Part shown: piece by piece, positions 35,609 through 45,382 of the stretch
Layout: the number at the start of each line of letters is the position of its first letter
How positions within the stretch are numbered: position 1 is the first letter of the stretch
From: Candidatus Doudnabacteria bacterium
GTDB lineage: Bacteria; Patescibacteriota; Doudnabacteria; UBA920; O2-02-FULL-48-8
Length of the DNA stretch: 64,000 nt
NCBI GenBank assembly: GCA_037200925.1
Contig: JBBCGO010000001.1
Location: 73,552-137,551 of the forward strand
Reading direction: 5' to 3'
Made by a program: the position numbers and the translations under genes
The notes under the pieces: generated by a model
Seen by the model: only the letters and a program-made list of their open reading frames with translations
Told to the model about the DNA's origin: nothing
Database searches by the model: none

Positions 35609-36547
35609 ATGCTTAAAACAGCCGAATTTGTCAGTCCCAAACACCCGGATAAAGTCTGCGATTTCATCGCAGATTCGATTTTGGACGCGTATCTTAAAGA
35701 TGACAAGGAAAGCCGGGTGGCGATCGAGGTCATGGGCGGTCATAAATTGATCACGATAAACGGGGAAGTCACTTCGCTGTCAAAACCAGATCTTGAAAAA
35801 TTGGTGCAAAATATTGTCGGCCTTGATTACAGGATCATCATCAATTTAACAATGCAAAGCGCGCAGATCGCCCAAGGAGTCGACATTGGAGGAGCAGGCG
35901 ACCAAGGTATTATGAAAGGGTATGCTACTAGCGAAACTCCGGCATACCTCCCGCTTGAATTCACTCTGGCCAGGGATCTTTGTAAAAAAATTTACGAAGT
36001 GTATCCGTATGACGGGAAAACGCAAGTGACGATCGAAAATGGGAATGTGGTCACCGTTGTGGCCAGTTTTCAAAATACAAAAAATGTCGAACTTTTAAAA
36101 CTTGTGCGGAATAATATGGAAGCCCGCGAGTATTTGATAAACCCGGCAGGAGAATGGACGCAAGGCGGATTCGATGCAGATACGGGTCTTTCAGGCAGAA
36201 AACTGATCATTGATAATTATGGGCCTGAGATACCAATCGGAGGAGGATCGTTTTCCGGCAAGGATTATACAAAAGTAGACAGGTCGGGCGCATATATGGC
36301 GCGCAAGATCGCTGTAGAGCTTATAAAGGATCGGAAAGCCAAGGAGGTTTATACTAAACTGGCATATGCTATAGGCAAAAGAGAGCCTGTCATGGCAGTG
36401 GCTATTATAGACGGCAAGGAAGAAGGAATTGTGGGCTTTGACCTGAGTCCTACCGGGATACGCCAATATCTTAAATTAGACCAAGTAAAATTTGCCGATA
36501 CGGCTACATGGGGCCATTTCGGACGAGGGTTTCCTTGGGATAAATAA
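35609..36547 (+). CDS. metK: S-adenosylmethionine synthetase, compact 312-aa form
   Basis: 'SPKHPDKVCDFIADSILDA', 'GAGDQGIMKGYATSET', 'GGGSFSGKDYTKVDRSGAYMAR', 'GHFGRGFPW' all align to MetK. About 70 aa shorter than the E. coli enzyme, distributed over all three domains. Confidence 0.85.
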   Translation: MLKTAEFVSPKHPDKVCDFIADSILDAYLKDDKESRVAIEVMGGHKLITINGEVTSLSKPDLEKLVQNIVGLDYRIIINLTMQSAQIAQGVDIGGAGDQGIMKGYATSETPAYLPLEFTLARDLCKKIYEVYPYDGKTQVTIENGNVVTVVASFQNTKNVELLKLVRNNMEAREYLINPAGEWTQGGFDADTGLSGRKLIIDNYGPEIPIGGGSFSGKDYTKVDRSGAYMARKIAVELIKDRKAKEVYTKLAYAIGKREPVMAVAIIDGKEEGIVGFDLSPTGIRQYLKLDQVKFADTATWGHFGRGFPWDK

Positions 36548-36563
36548 ATGGTATTATAATGAC

Positions 36564-36698
36564 ATGATCCGGAAACGAGGCAGCATCTATGTCATCCTTT
36601 CAAAAAAGACGCACAAGGTGCTGGGAAAATTCAAGACCAGGAAAGCCGCTCTTGCGCGATTGCGCCAGATTGAATTTTTTAAACATTTCAAGAAATAG
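36564..36698 (+). CDS. Hypothetical small basic protein
   Basis: 45-aa ORF 'MIRKRGSIYVILSKK...' inside ORF 36492..36698. Weak. Confidence 0.2.
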   Translation: MIRKRGSIYVILSKKTHKVLGKFKTRKAALARLRQIEFFKHFKK

Positions 36699-36719
36699 AA
36701 TAAAAAACTGGAGGACCTT

Positions 36720-37127
36720 ATGGATAGGACCGCAAGGCGCGCGTTTCGGATCCTCGGCATCGTTCTGCTGGCGCTCGGGCTGACAGACATTCTGCGGGCG
36801 CTGATCGCGCACAGCTTGGGATTCTCCACGCCGGAGTACGATGTCGCGGTAATGCTCATAGTCGCAGGGTTGTTCATGCTGAACTGGAAGAAAGAGGCGG
36901 CTATGACGGCGATCATGTTGCTCGCAGGCGCCTATCTGCTGACGGGAACTGTTTGGCCGAAGCTCAACTGGTCGGTTGTCATTCTATCAACAATATTTCT
37001 GATCCTGATGTTCTCTGACCGCTACGACGTCTGGGATTCGGACCAGAGGATCGGTCGGATGAACAATCCCCCGCAAGCCGATCCCGATCGTGACGGAATA
37101 TACTCGGAATATCCCGGATCGCAATAA
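36720..37127 (+). CDS. Hypothetical 4-TM membrane protein; GC-rich cassette
   Basis: About 56% GC. GGAGGA sits 6 nt before the ATG. Four hydrophobic helices. Confidence 0.45.
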   Translation: MDRTARRAFRILGIVLLALGLTDILRALIAHSLGFSTPEYDVAVMLIVAGLFMLNWKKEAAMTAIMLLAGAYLLTGTVWPKLNWSVVILSTIFLILMFSDRYDVWDSDQRIGRMNNPPQADPDRDGIYSEYPGSQ

Positions 37128-37140
37128 TCAGGAGGTAGTC

Positions 37141-37350
37141 ATGATCCTAAGACTTCTCCGATGGGTCAGTTTAACGATTTTTGACCGCGACAGATCGCAT
37201 TATGAAGGAGAGGACTATCCTCACCCTTCCGCGCCAGTCAGACGATCCCGTGTATGGCCGCATGGTTTATCAGAGGATCTGGATGAGCACGGTTCTCCGT
37301 CTGACCAGCGCAGACTGCGCTTTGACGATGCCGGCAGGCCCAAGTGGTAG
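37141..37350 (+). CDS. Hypothetical small hydrophilic protein; GC-rich cassette, coupled to 36720
   Basis: AGGAGG sits 5 nt before ATG 37141. Followed by 'cgcgcttttctttttgg'. Part of ORF 37090..37350. Confidence 0.4.
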   Translation: MILRLLRWVSLTIFDRDRSHYEGEDYPHPSAPVRRSRVWPHGLSEDLDEHGSPSDQRRLRFDDAGRPKW

Positions 37351-37405
37351 CGTGAACCTTTCGTTCGCGCTTTTCTTTTTGGTTAATTTGTGGGAAAATA
37401 TAGCC

Positions 37406-37978
37406 ATGAAAATAATCCTCGGTTCAGGATCGCCAAGACGCCAAGAAATATTGAAAAATTGGGGTTATAATTTTGACGTCAGGATCCCACAGATCGATGA
37501 AAGATCAATCAGATCCGATGATTTCAAGTCTTTACCGGTTTTAATAGCTAGGAGCAAATCGGAAAATTTGAGAGAAAAAATCACCGAGCCTGCGATCTTA
37601 ATTACTTGCGATACGGTTGTTGTTCATGACGGCAAGCTCTATGAAAAGCCGCTGAGTGATGACGAGGCCCGGTCTTTTTTACTGTCCTACGGCAGCACAC
37701 CTGCGGAAGTGATATCCGGCGTAGTAGTTATGAATACCGAGAACAAAAAAATCGCGGAAGGAGTGGATTCGGCAAAAGTATATTTTTTGAAAATCCCGCT
37801 CAGTTTGATCGAAGAGATGATTTTGCTGGGGAAGGTTTTCGACTGGGCCGGCGCTTTCCATCCGGCCGATCCTGCTATCAAGCCGTACATAGCATATATT
37901 GAGGGCGAAAAAGATACGGTCATGGGATTGCCTGGATTTTTGACCAGGCGGCTGATCGACGAGGTTTCAAATGGATAA
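37406..37978 (+). CDS. maf: Maf-family nucleoside triphosphate pyrophosphatase
   Basis: 'MKIILGSGSPRRQEIL' Maf N-terminus. The ORF track starts at 37181; the internal ATG at 37406 is preferred. Confidence 0.8.
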   Translation: MKIILGSGSPRRQEILKNWGYNFDVRIPQIDERSIRSDDFKSLPVLIARSKSENLREKITEPAILITCDTVVVHDGKLYEKPLSDDEARSFLLSYGSTPAEVISGVVVMNTENKKIAEGVDSAKVYFLKIPLSLIEEMILLGKVFDWAGAFHPADPAIKPYIAYIEGEKDTVMGLPGFLTRRLIDEVSNG

Positions 37979-38468
37979 AAAACAGATCGTCGTGGCTGTG
38001 TCCGGCGGATTTGATCCGATACATCCGGGACACATCCGAATGTTCAAGGAAGCCAAAGCCTTGGGCGACAAATTGGTGGTAATTCTGAATAATGACAATT
38101 GGCTTTTGAAAAAGAAAAAATTTAATTTTATGTCCCAGAAAGAACGGAAAGAAGTTATCGAAGCGATCAAATACGTGGACGAGGTTTTAATTTCGAAGCA
38201 CAAGTTTGATACGGACGATATGAGCGTCAGTGAAGAATTGCGGACGATCAAGCCCGATATATTTGCCAACGGGGGCGACCGCAATCCTGCGGACGCAAGG
38301 AAAAAGAATTCTTCTTTGAGCAGGGATCTGGCCGTATGCTTAAGATACGGCATCAAGATGGTCTACAATGTCGGCGCCGGCGGGAAGATCCAGTCCAGCT
38401 CAATGCTGGTGGATAAAGCGATGAGGACTGCGCCCCGCAAGGTGGACGTGAAAATCAGGAAAAAATAA
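37971..38468 (+). CDS. Cytidylyltransferase-family nucleotidyltransferase (TagD / RfaE-domain-II-like)
   Basis: 'GGFDPIHPGHIRMFKEAKALGDKLVVIL' (H/T)xGH motif, 'RYVDEV'-like 'KYVDEVLI'. Confidence 0.65.
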   Translation: MDKKQIVVAVSGGFDPIHPGHIRMFKEAKALGDKLVVILNNDNWLLKKKKFNFMSQKERKEVIEAIKYVDEVLISKHKFDTDDMSVSEELRTIKPDIFANGGDRNPADARKKNSSLSRDLAVCLRYGIKMVYNVGAGGKIQSSSMLVDKAMRTAPRKVDVKIRKK

Positions 38469-38540
38469 TCATTTTACGCGGGTCTTGTATTCGCTCAGTA
38501 AATTTATTATAATTCAGCTTGAGGAAACACCTCTTTTTTA

Positions 38541-39893
38541 ATGTCAAAACGTAGATTATACCTAACTTTTCTGGCGATCTTACTTCTGGCTGCAGGCGCG
38601 GTTTATTTGGATTTGCCGCAGGGAAGCAAGATCAATCTCAAACCGATAAAGATCAACTATAACCAGCAGTTCAAGCTCAAATTGGGTTTGGACCTGCAAG
38701 GCGGTACGCATTTGGTCTATGAAGGCGACCTTACGAACATCCCTCCTGAAGCGCAAAGCGATGCCATGAACTCGGCGCGAGATGTTATCGAACGGAGAGT
38801 AAATGCATTCGGGGTGTCTGAGCCTTTGGTCCAGGTTTCGGGAAACAACCGCCTGATAGTGGAATTGCCCGGGGTCAAGGACATCAACCAGGCCATCTCG
38901 CTCATCGGCCAAACTCCGTTTCTTGAATTCAGGGAAGAAAATCCCAATCCGCCGGCAGTGAAGCCCGACGCCAACGGCCAGGTGAACATTTCGGCTGATG
39001 ATGCCTTCAAACCAACCGGACTTTCCGGCAAACAGTTCAAGCGCGCAACATTGGAATTTGACCAGCGCACCGGCTTGCCGCAGGTGGCTTTGCAGTTTGA
39101 CGCGGAAGGCACAAAATTGTTTGCGGATATCACGACCCGCGATGTCGGCAAAAGGATCGCTATTTTTCTGGACGGAGAGATCTTATCGGCGCCGACGGTC
39201 AATACGCCGATCACCGACGGTCAGGCGATAATCACAGGACAATATACAGTTCAGGAAGCTAAAGACCTTGTGACAAGGCTTAACGCCGGCGCTTTGCCCG
39301 TTCCGATCAAACTCATCTCCCAGGAAAACGTCGGCGCCACGTTAGGTTTGCAGTCTGTGGAAAAAAGCGTGGAAGCAGGCTTGATCGGTTTCGCCATCGT
39401 GGCTTTGTTCATGATCATCTATTACCGGCTGCCAGGTGTTTTGGCGGTCATCGCTTTGTCTATTTATACGGCTTTAAGTTTGGCGATCTTCAAACTGTTC
39501 GGCATCACCATAACTCTTGCCGGCATCGCCGGGTTTATTTTGTCGGTTGGTATGGCCGTGGATGCCAATATTTTGATCTTTGAGCGCATGAAAGAAGAGC
39601 TGCGAAAAGGGAAAACCCTCCAGCAGTCGGTGGAAGACGGGTTTAACCGGGCCTGGCTGTCAGTGCGCGATTCTAATTTTTCCAGTTTGATCACGACTTT
39701 CATCCTGGGTTATTTCGGTTCCAGCATCATCCGGGGGTTCGCCATCACGCTGGCCATCGGCATCCTTGTTTCCATGTTCACAGCCATAACCGTGACCAGG
39801 ACCTTCTTAAGGATGCTGGTCGGCCACAATATTCTGGTCAAACACGGCTTATACGGCGTACGCACCATGGCTGAGGAGAAACCCAATGCTTAA
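38541..39893 (+). CDS. secD: SecD protein-export membrane protein
   Basis: 'LGLDLQGGTHLVYE', the periplasmic domain and C-terminal 6-TM 'SVGMAVDANILIFERMKEE'. Confidence 0.9.
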   Translation: MSKRRLYLTFLAILLLAAGAVYLDLPQGSKINLKPIKINYNQQFKLKLGLDLQGGTHLVYEGDLTNIPPEAQSDAMNSARDVIERRVNAFGVSEPLVQVSGNNRLIVELPGVKDINQAISLIGQTPFLEFREENPNPPAVKPDANGQVNISADDAFKPTGLSGKQFKRATLEFDQRTGLPQVALQFDAEGTKLFADITTRDVGKRIAIFLDGEILSAPTVNTPITDGQAIITGQYTVQEAKDLVTRLNAGALPVPIKLISQENVGATLGLQSVEKSVEAGLIGFAIVALFMIIYYRLPGVLAVIALSIYTALSLAIFKLFGITITLAGIAGFILSVGMAVDANILIFERMKEELRKGKTLQQSVEDGFNRAWLSVRDSNFSSLITTFILGYFGSSIIRGFAITLAIGILVSMFTAITVTRTFLRMLVGHNILVKHGLYGVRTMAEEKPNA

Positions 39894-40786
39894 CATAATG
39901 AAATATTACAAATTCTGGTTCGCAGTCTCCGCAATACTTTTATTGGCCGGCATTGTGTCTTTGGTGATGTTCCGCCTCAAGCCGGGTATCGATTTTACCG
40001 GCGGTGCCTTAACCCAGATCCAATTTCCGGGGGCTGTTCCGCAGTCTTCAGAAATACAATCAGTTCTCCAAAGCTCTTTTCCCGATGCCCAGATCCAGCC
40101 CGCCAGCGGCAACCAGGTGATCATCCGGACCGGACCGCAAGACCAAACGCAGCATGCCGCATTTATGAAAGCTCTGACCGATAAATTCGGCGCTGTGACA
40201 GAACAGCAATTCACTTCCATCGGCCCAATAATCGGCAAAGAGCTGCGCTCGCAGGCCTTCGTGCAGTTGCTTTTGGTCTCGTTGGGGATCATTTTCTATA
40301 TTGCCTATGCTTTCCGCAAGGTTACCAAACCTGTCTCGTCCTGGCGTTTTGGGATTGCGGCCGTCATTGCTCTTCTGCATGACCTGTTCATCGTGCTCGG
40401 CGCTTTCTCCATCCTGGGACATTTTAAGGGAATTGAAGTTGACAGCCTGTTTGTTACTGCCATGCTGACGGTTTTGGGTTTTTCCGTTCACGATACGATC
40501 GTTGTATTTGACCGGATCCGCGAAAATTTGCGCATACGGGCCGGGCAGTCATTGTCCGAGATCATCAACAACAGCATCAATCAAACTCTTGTCCGTTCTA
40601 TCAATACTTCACTGACGGTTATTTTTGTTCTTCTGTCGCTGTTCCTGTTCGGGGGGCAGCAGCATCCATATCTTTGTATTGGCCTTGCTGATAGGCATCA
40701 TTGCCGGGACCTATTCATCCATATTTATTGCCAGTCCGATCCTGATCGTCTGGCATAATTGGGAAGTCAGGCGTTCGTCCCGTTAA
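39886..40786 (+). CDS. secF: SecF protein-export membrane protein. C-terminus restored by removing one G from the G6 run at 40653..40658; this is an apparent +1 frameshift.
   Basis: The ORF 39886..40758 ends in an out-of-frame tail 'GGQQHPYLCIGLADRHH'. The +1 frame reads 'GGSSIHIFVLALLIGIIAGTYSSIFIASPILIVWHNWEVRRSSR*', a canonical SecF C-terminus. Confidence 0.8.
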
Positions 40787-40799
40787 AGCATAGATAACT

Positions 40800-40831
40800 A
40801 AAACCGCTCCGAGCAACTGAGCGGTTTTTAT
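40800..40831 (+). terminator. Rho-independent terminator after secDF
   Basis: 'aaaaccgctccgagcaactgagcggttttt'. Confidence 0.75.
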
Positions 40832-40876
40832 TATTTTGCTGAATTTATTTCAAAAAAACAAATTAGAACATAATCC

Positions 40877-40905
40877 TTGACAGAATTGAAATTTTGTGCT
40901 ATACT
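40877..40905 (+). promoter_or_regulatory. Near-consensus sigma70 promoter (TTGACA-17-TATACT)
   Basis: TTGACA 40877..40882, 17-nt spacer, TATACT 40900..40905, 17 nt upstream of ATG 40923. Confidence 0.65.
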
Positions 40906-40922
40906 ATTTTTAATACAATTCT

Positions 40923-42080
40923 ATGTCAGATAAAGACACTAACAACCCGACGAGTTCCCATCCGCCTGCCGGACAAACAGGTATTTTGGATCAGATAATG
41001 GGGACCAAGACCCAGAACAGCTTGAATGATTTTCAGCCTGTTTCTTTGGTGAATGAGCTTATGGGCTCGTTAAAGGAGCGCGATAAGGAAATTTTAAGCA
41101 AACGTTTTGGCCTTTCCGGCTCGGAAATTGAGACCCTGGAAGCTATCGGCAAGAAACATAACCTGACCCGGGAACGCGTGCGTCAGATAGAAAAAGACTC
41201 TTTAAATACGCTAAAGAAAAAGCACCAGGGCGCCCACGAAAAAGCCCTGCAGCTGATCTTTGAAACCATCACGGAGCACGGCAACTTCATGAGCGAAGAA
41301 CTGTTGATGCAGATAATCCTTCAGAACAAGCCTGATCAGGAAGAAATGAATGCAGTTAAGTTTTTGCTCTATCTCGGCGAACAGTTCCAAAATTTTAAAG
41401 AATCACCGGAATTTTTTGAATCCTGGTATATCATCGGTTTTGATTTTGCCAAACTCGACCGGATCATAAAAGAATATACGGCAATTCTGGAGTCCGAGGG
41501 CCATGTTTTGACGGAGCTGTCTTTGCATCAGCGGTTCAAGCAGACCTCTTATTTTAAAGAACATGAGTTGGAATTGAATGACCGCGTTCTGCACAGCTAT
41601 CTGAATGCTTCCAAAGCCATCCAGATCAATCCTTTCGACGAGATCGGACTGAAACATTGGAGTGACGTTAAGCCCCGCGACGTTGGGGATAAAGCCTATC
41701 TGGTGATGAGGCATCATAAAAAACCCGAGCATTATTCCGTCATCACTAAGCTTATCAATGACAATAAATTTGACAACAGGGTGGCTTACCAGGAAACCGT
41801 GCATAATGAACTGATCAAAGACATCCGTTTTGTCCTGATCGGGAGGGGGATATATGCGCTTTCGGAATGGGGTTATACTAAGGGAGTCGTGGCGGATGTC
41901 ATCCGTGAGATCCTAAAATCTTTTGGCCGGCCGCTGACCCGGGATGAGATCATAACCGAGGTCATGAAGCGCCGTTTGGTGAAACGAAACACAATTTTGG
42001 TGGGCCTATCTAATCGGAAAAATTTCCAAAAGGTCGGCAAAGATAAATATGCATTGTCCCAAGGAGAACCAGTGAATTAA
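40923..42080 (+). CDS. Sigma-70 region-4 (HTH) domain protein with a ~260-aa C-terminal domain of unknown function
   Basis: 'ILSKRFGLSG...TLEAIGKKHNLTRERVRQIEKDSLNTLKK' matches region 4.2. No region 2 or 3 is present. Confidence 0.6.
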   Translation: MSDKDTNNPTSSHPPAGQTGILDQIMGTKTQNSLNDFQPVSLVNELMGSLKERDKEILSKRFGLSGSEIETLEAIGKKHNLTRERVRQIEKDSLNTLKKKHQGAHEKALQLIFETITEHGNFMSEELLMQIILQNKPDQEEMNAVKFLLYLGEQFQNFKESPEFFESWYIIGFDFAKLDRIIKEYTAILESEGHVLTELSLHQRFKQTSYFKEHELELNDRVLHSYLNASKAIQINPFDEIGLKHWSDVKPRDVGDKAYLVMRHHKKPEHYSVITKLINDNKFDNRVAYQETVHNELIKDIRFVLIGRGIYALSEWGYTKGVVADVIREILKSFGRPLTRDEIITEVMKRRLVKRNTILVGLSNRKNFQKVGKDKYALSQGEPVN

Positions 42081-43405
42081 TGTCAGTTTTAGGCGATTTT
42101 TTCCATTATTTGATAGATGTTGTTTTAATAAACTACTATGGGTGGACCCTGTTTGCGGGTTTGCTGTTCTGGATGATTTTTTATTTGAAGAGGGAAGAGA
42201 ACAACCACGTCTATCTGTCCGGGATCGAATGGGTTTTTTTGGAGGTAAAAATTGACGAGCTGAACGAAAAATCTCCTTTGGCCATGGAACAGATTTTTAC
42301 TGCCCTGCATGCGATCCATCAAAATTTTACGTTCGGCGAGAGGTTCAACGGCAGGTCCGTGCTCAATGTTTCCTGCGAAATTGTCAGTTTAGGCGGCAAG
42401 GTTTCTTTCATTTTTAGAATTCCCGCGCGCTTCCGCAATTTATTGGAAAGCGCGATCTTTGCCCAGTATCCGAAAGCGGAAGTTTTCGAGACTGAAGATT
42501 ATCTCCGCAACTTGCCTCACGATTATGACCCCAAGCACGCGGATTTTGATTTTTGGGGTACGGAGTGGCTGAAAAAGAAGGACAACGCTTATCCGATCAG
42601 GACTTATATGCTGGACTCTTCGTTCGAACATGGAGCTCAAGAAACGTTCATTGATCCGCTTTCCAATGTCATTGAAGTTATGAGCAACCTTCAGCCTTAT
42701 GAATTGTTGGTTTTTCAGCTCGTAATCAAACCCGTCGATGATTCTTGGAAAGAACACACAAAACATCTGGTGGACAAATTGAAAGGCGTTCCGGAAAAGC
42801 ATGGAGATGATTGGGTTTTCAGGATCATGCATTTCATTCCTGATCTGCTGGCCCGGATTTTAGTCGGGATAGTGTCGGGCCCCGAGGAAGGACACACAGC
42901 TCCTGTCAAGGTCCAGGAAGAGCCTCCAACCTTGATGATACACAAAACCGACGTGGAGAAGAGCGTGATCAATGCCATCGAGCATGCCGTCTCAAAGATC
43001 GGCTATGAAGTCCGCATCAGGACATTTTATCTGGCTCCCAAAGATAAGATCAACAAAGCCGTGAGAATACCTGAGATAGTCGGCGCGTTCCGGAATTTCG
43101 ACGAAGTGAATCTGAACGGTTTTAAGCCGGATATCGGCCACAGCTGGACAGAAGGGCCGAGTTATAAACTTTCGGAAAGGCTGGAGAGGCCGTATGTCGA
43201 AGCTAGCAAACTGACCCGGAAAAGACACATGCTGCACTGGATAACCTCGCGCAGCCATTGGCGCGGAGTGGGCAAGGTCATCATGAATACCGAGGAGCTG
43301 GCCACGATCTTCCATTTCCCGCAAGTGCCTCATACCCGCATTTCGCAGATGGAAAGAGTGCAAACGGTTAAATCAGCGCCTCCGATGGATTTACCAATAG
43401 GATAA
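42080..43405 (+). CDS. Membrane-anchored protein of unknown function (partner of the downstream ATPase)
   Basis: N-terminal TM 'WTLFAGLLFWMIFYL'. ATG overlaps the upstream stop (TAATG). The stop is 10 nt before the next start. Confidence 0.45.
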   Translation: MSVLGDFFHYLIDVVLINYYGWTLFAGLLFWMIFYLKREENNHVYLSGIEWVFLEVKIDELNEKSPLAMEQIFTALHAIHQNFTFGERFNGRSVLNVSCEIVSLGGKVSFIFRIPARFRNLLESAIFAQYPKAEVFETEDYLRNLPHDYDPKHADFDFWGTEWLKKKDNAYPIRTYMLDSSFEHGAQETFIDPLSNVIEVMSNLQPYELLVFQLVIKPVDDSWKEHTKHLVDKLKGVPEKHGDDWVFRIMHFIPDLLARILVGIVSGPEEGHTAPVKVQEEPPTLMIHKTDVEKSVINAIEHAVSKIGYEVRIRTFYLAPKDKINKAVRIPEIVGAFRNFDEVNLNGFKPDIGHSWTEGPSYKLSERLERPYVEASKLTRKRHMLHWITSRSHWRGVGKVIMNTEELATIFHFPQVPHTRISQMERVQTVKSAPPMDLPIG

Positions 43406-43414
43406 AATAAAAAA

Positions 43415-45244
43415 ATGAACGACGATAACGATATAACTTTATTTGCAAAAACGAATTTCCGGAACCGGGAAGTGTCTTTCGGCATACGCCGTGATGACCG
43501 CAGACGCCATATGTACATCATCGGGAAGACCGGTATGGGTAAAACTACGCTCATTGAAAATATGGTCATCCAGGACATTCAGGCCGGCCATGGCGTGGCC
43601 TTTGTGGACCCGCACGGAGACTCTATAGAGAAGATCCTGAATTATGTCCCGTCAAACCGGGTAAATGACGTGGTGTATCTCAATCCGGCAGACAGCGATT
43701 TTCCGATCGCATTCAATCCGCTGGAATCGGTTGATCCCAAATACAAGCATTTGGTGGCTTCAGGGTTGATGGGCGTATTCACGAAGATCTGGGCCGGGGT
43801 CTGGTCCGCTCGTATGGAATACATTTTGAACAATACTATTTTGGCCCTGCTTGATTCTCAGGGCAGCACTCTGCTCGGTATCGCCCGCATGCTGGTGAAC
43901 AAAACTTACCGTAAACGGATAGTTGATAACATCAAGGACCCGGTGGTCAAGTCTTTCTGGGTTGATGAATTTGCCAACTACAACGACAAATTCCGTAACG
44001 AAGCCATAGCTCCGATCCAGAACAAAGTCGGGCAGTTCTTGTCTTCCGCAATCATCCGCAATATTGTCGGCCAGACAAAAAGCTCAATTGATCTGCGGGA
44101 GATCATGGATAAGAAAAAGATCTTTCTCATCAACCTGTCCAAAGGGCGCATCGGCGAAGACAACTCAGCTTTATTGGGCGCGATGATCATCACAAAGATC
44201 CAGCTGGCCGCCATGAGCCGCGTGGACATTCCGGAAGAAGAGCGGGAAGATTTTTATCTGTACGTCGATGAATTTCAGAATTTTGCCACTGAATCGTTTG
44301 CCAATATTTTGTCCGAGGCGCGCAAATACCGACTGAACCTGATCGTCGCGCACCAATATATCGGGCAGCTGGTCCAGGGCAAGGACACAGTGGTCCGCGA
44401 TGCTATTTTCGGCAACGTCGGAACCCTGGTCTGTTTCCGGGTCGGCGCTGATGATTCGGAATTTTTGGAAAAAGAATTTGAGCCGACCTATATGATGCAC
44501 GATCTGGTCAACCTGACCAAATATCATGTTTATCTCAAACTTATGATCAACGGCGTGTCCTCAACTCCTTTTTCGGCTACGACCTTGGCGCCAATTGCCG
44601 AATCAACCGGTAATGAGGAAAAAGTCATCAATGTTTCGCGCGAGCGCTATGCCAACAAGCGGGAAACAGTTGAAGAAAAGATCAACAGATGGATGGGTTC
44701 GGAATTCCATGTGGCTGCTGCGGAAGCCGAGAGCAGCGCCGTGGAGCAAGAAGATTTGCAGGAAAATCTGCGCTATCATGAAAAAATGGCCACTCAGCCG
44801 ACTCCGCCGCAGGTCAGGCCCGCTGTGCAGCAACAGGCAAGTCCGATCGTCCAGACTCCGGTCAGAACCGAGCGAAGGCAGGAAGAGCGCCACGATGAAA
44901 GAAGGCAATTTGAGCGACGCACAAGGCAGGTAGATTCACACCCAAACAGGCGCGCGTCCGATAAAAAACCTGTAAACCCGGTTTGGGATACCGTAAATAA
45001 GATAACGGCCGAGAAAGTGACTGAGCGAGTGGAGAAAGCAACTTCAGCTATTGCAAATTTAAGCAAATCTTTGGAGCAGTCTCTGAATAGGAACCAACCA
45101 ACGCCTCAAAACACTGCGCCAAAACCTGAATCCTTGCCCCAACCGCCGAAACAGCAAGCACCTAAAGTCCAAGAAGAAACTCCAAAACCGACACTCCAGG
45201 TACAATCCGGAACCATAAAACCCGGTGATAAGATCCAATTCTAG
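43415..45244 (+). CDS. VirD4/TraG/TrwB-like (type IV coupling protein family) P-loop ATPase with a disordered C-terminal tail
   Basis: Walker A 'IIGKTGMGKTT' followed by 'VAFVDPHGD'. Walker B 'LYVDEFQNF'. 'RKYRLNLIVAHQYIGQL' is the TraG-D_C-like motif. C-terminal ~160 aa are Pro/Gln/Arg-rich. Confidence 0.65.
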   Translation: MNDDNDITLFAKTNFRNREVSFGIRRDDRRRHMYIIGKTGMGKTTLIENMVIQDIQAGHGVAFVDPHGDSIEKILNYVPSNRVNDVVYLNPADSDFPIAFNPLESVDPKYKHLVASGLMGVFTKIWAGVWSARMEYILNNTILALLDSQGSTLLGIARMLVNKTYRKRIVDNIKDPVVKSFWVDEFANYNDKFRNEAIAPIQNKVGQFLSSAIIRNIVGQTKSSIDLREIMDKKKIFLINLSKGRIGEDNSALLGAMIITKIQLAAMSRVDIPEEEREDFYLYVDEFQNFATESFANILSEARKYRLNLIVAHQYIGQLVQGKDTVVRDAIFGNVGTLVCFRVGADDSEFLEKEFEPTYMMHDLVNLTKYHVYLKLMINGVSSTPFSATTLAPIAESTGNEEKVINVSRERYANKRETVEEKINRWMGSEFHVAAAEAESSAVEQEDLQENLRYHEKMATQPTPPQVRPAVQQQASPIVQTPVRTERRQEERHDERRQFERRTRQVDSHPNRRASDKKPVNPVWDTVNKITAEKVTERVEKATSAIANLSKSLEQSLNRNQPTPQNTAPKPESLPQPPKQQAPKVQEETPKPTLQVQSGTIKPGDKIQF

Positions 45245-45269
45245 TTGTGGATAAATCGAATTTTGTAGA

Positions 45270-45300
45270 AAACAAGCCGACAAAAAGTCGGCTTGTTTTA
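45270..45300 (+). terminator. Rho-independent terminator
   Basis: 'aaaacaagccgacaaaaagtcggcttgtttt'. Confidence 0.75.
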
Positions 45301-45382
45301 GCAATAGATTGACTGTTGTAGGTAAAATTTTGACCAACCTGGTAAATACAAATAGGATGTAAAAGCAATTAATCGGAAATTT

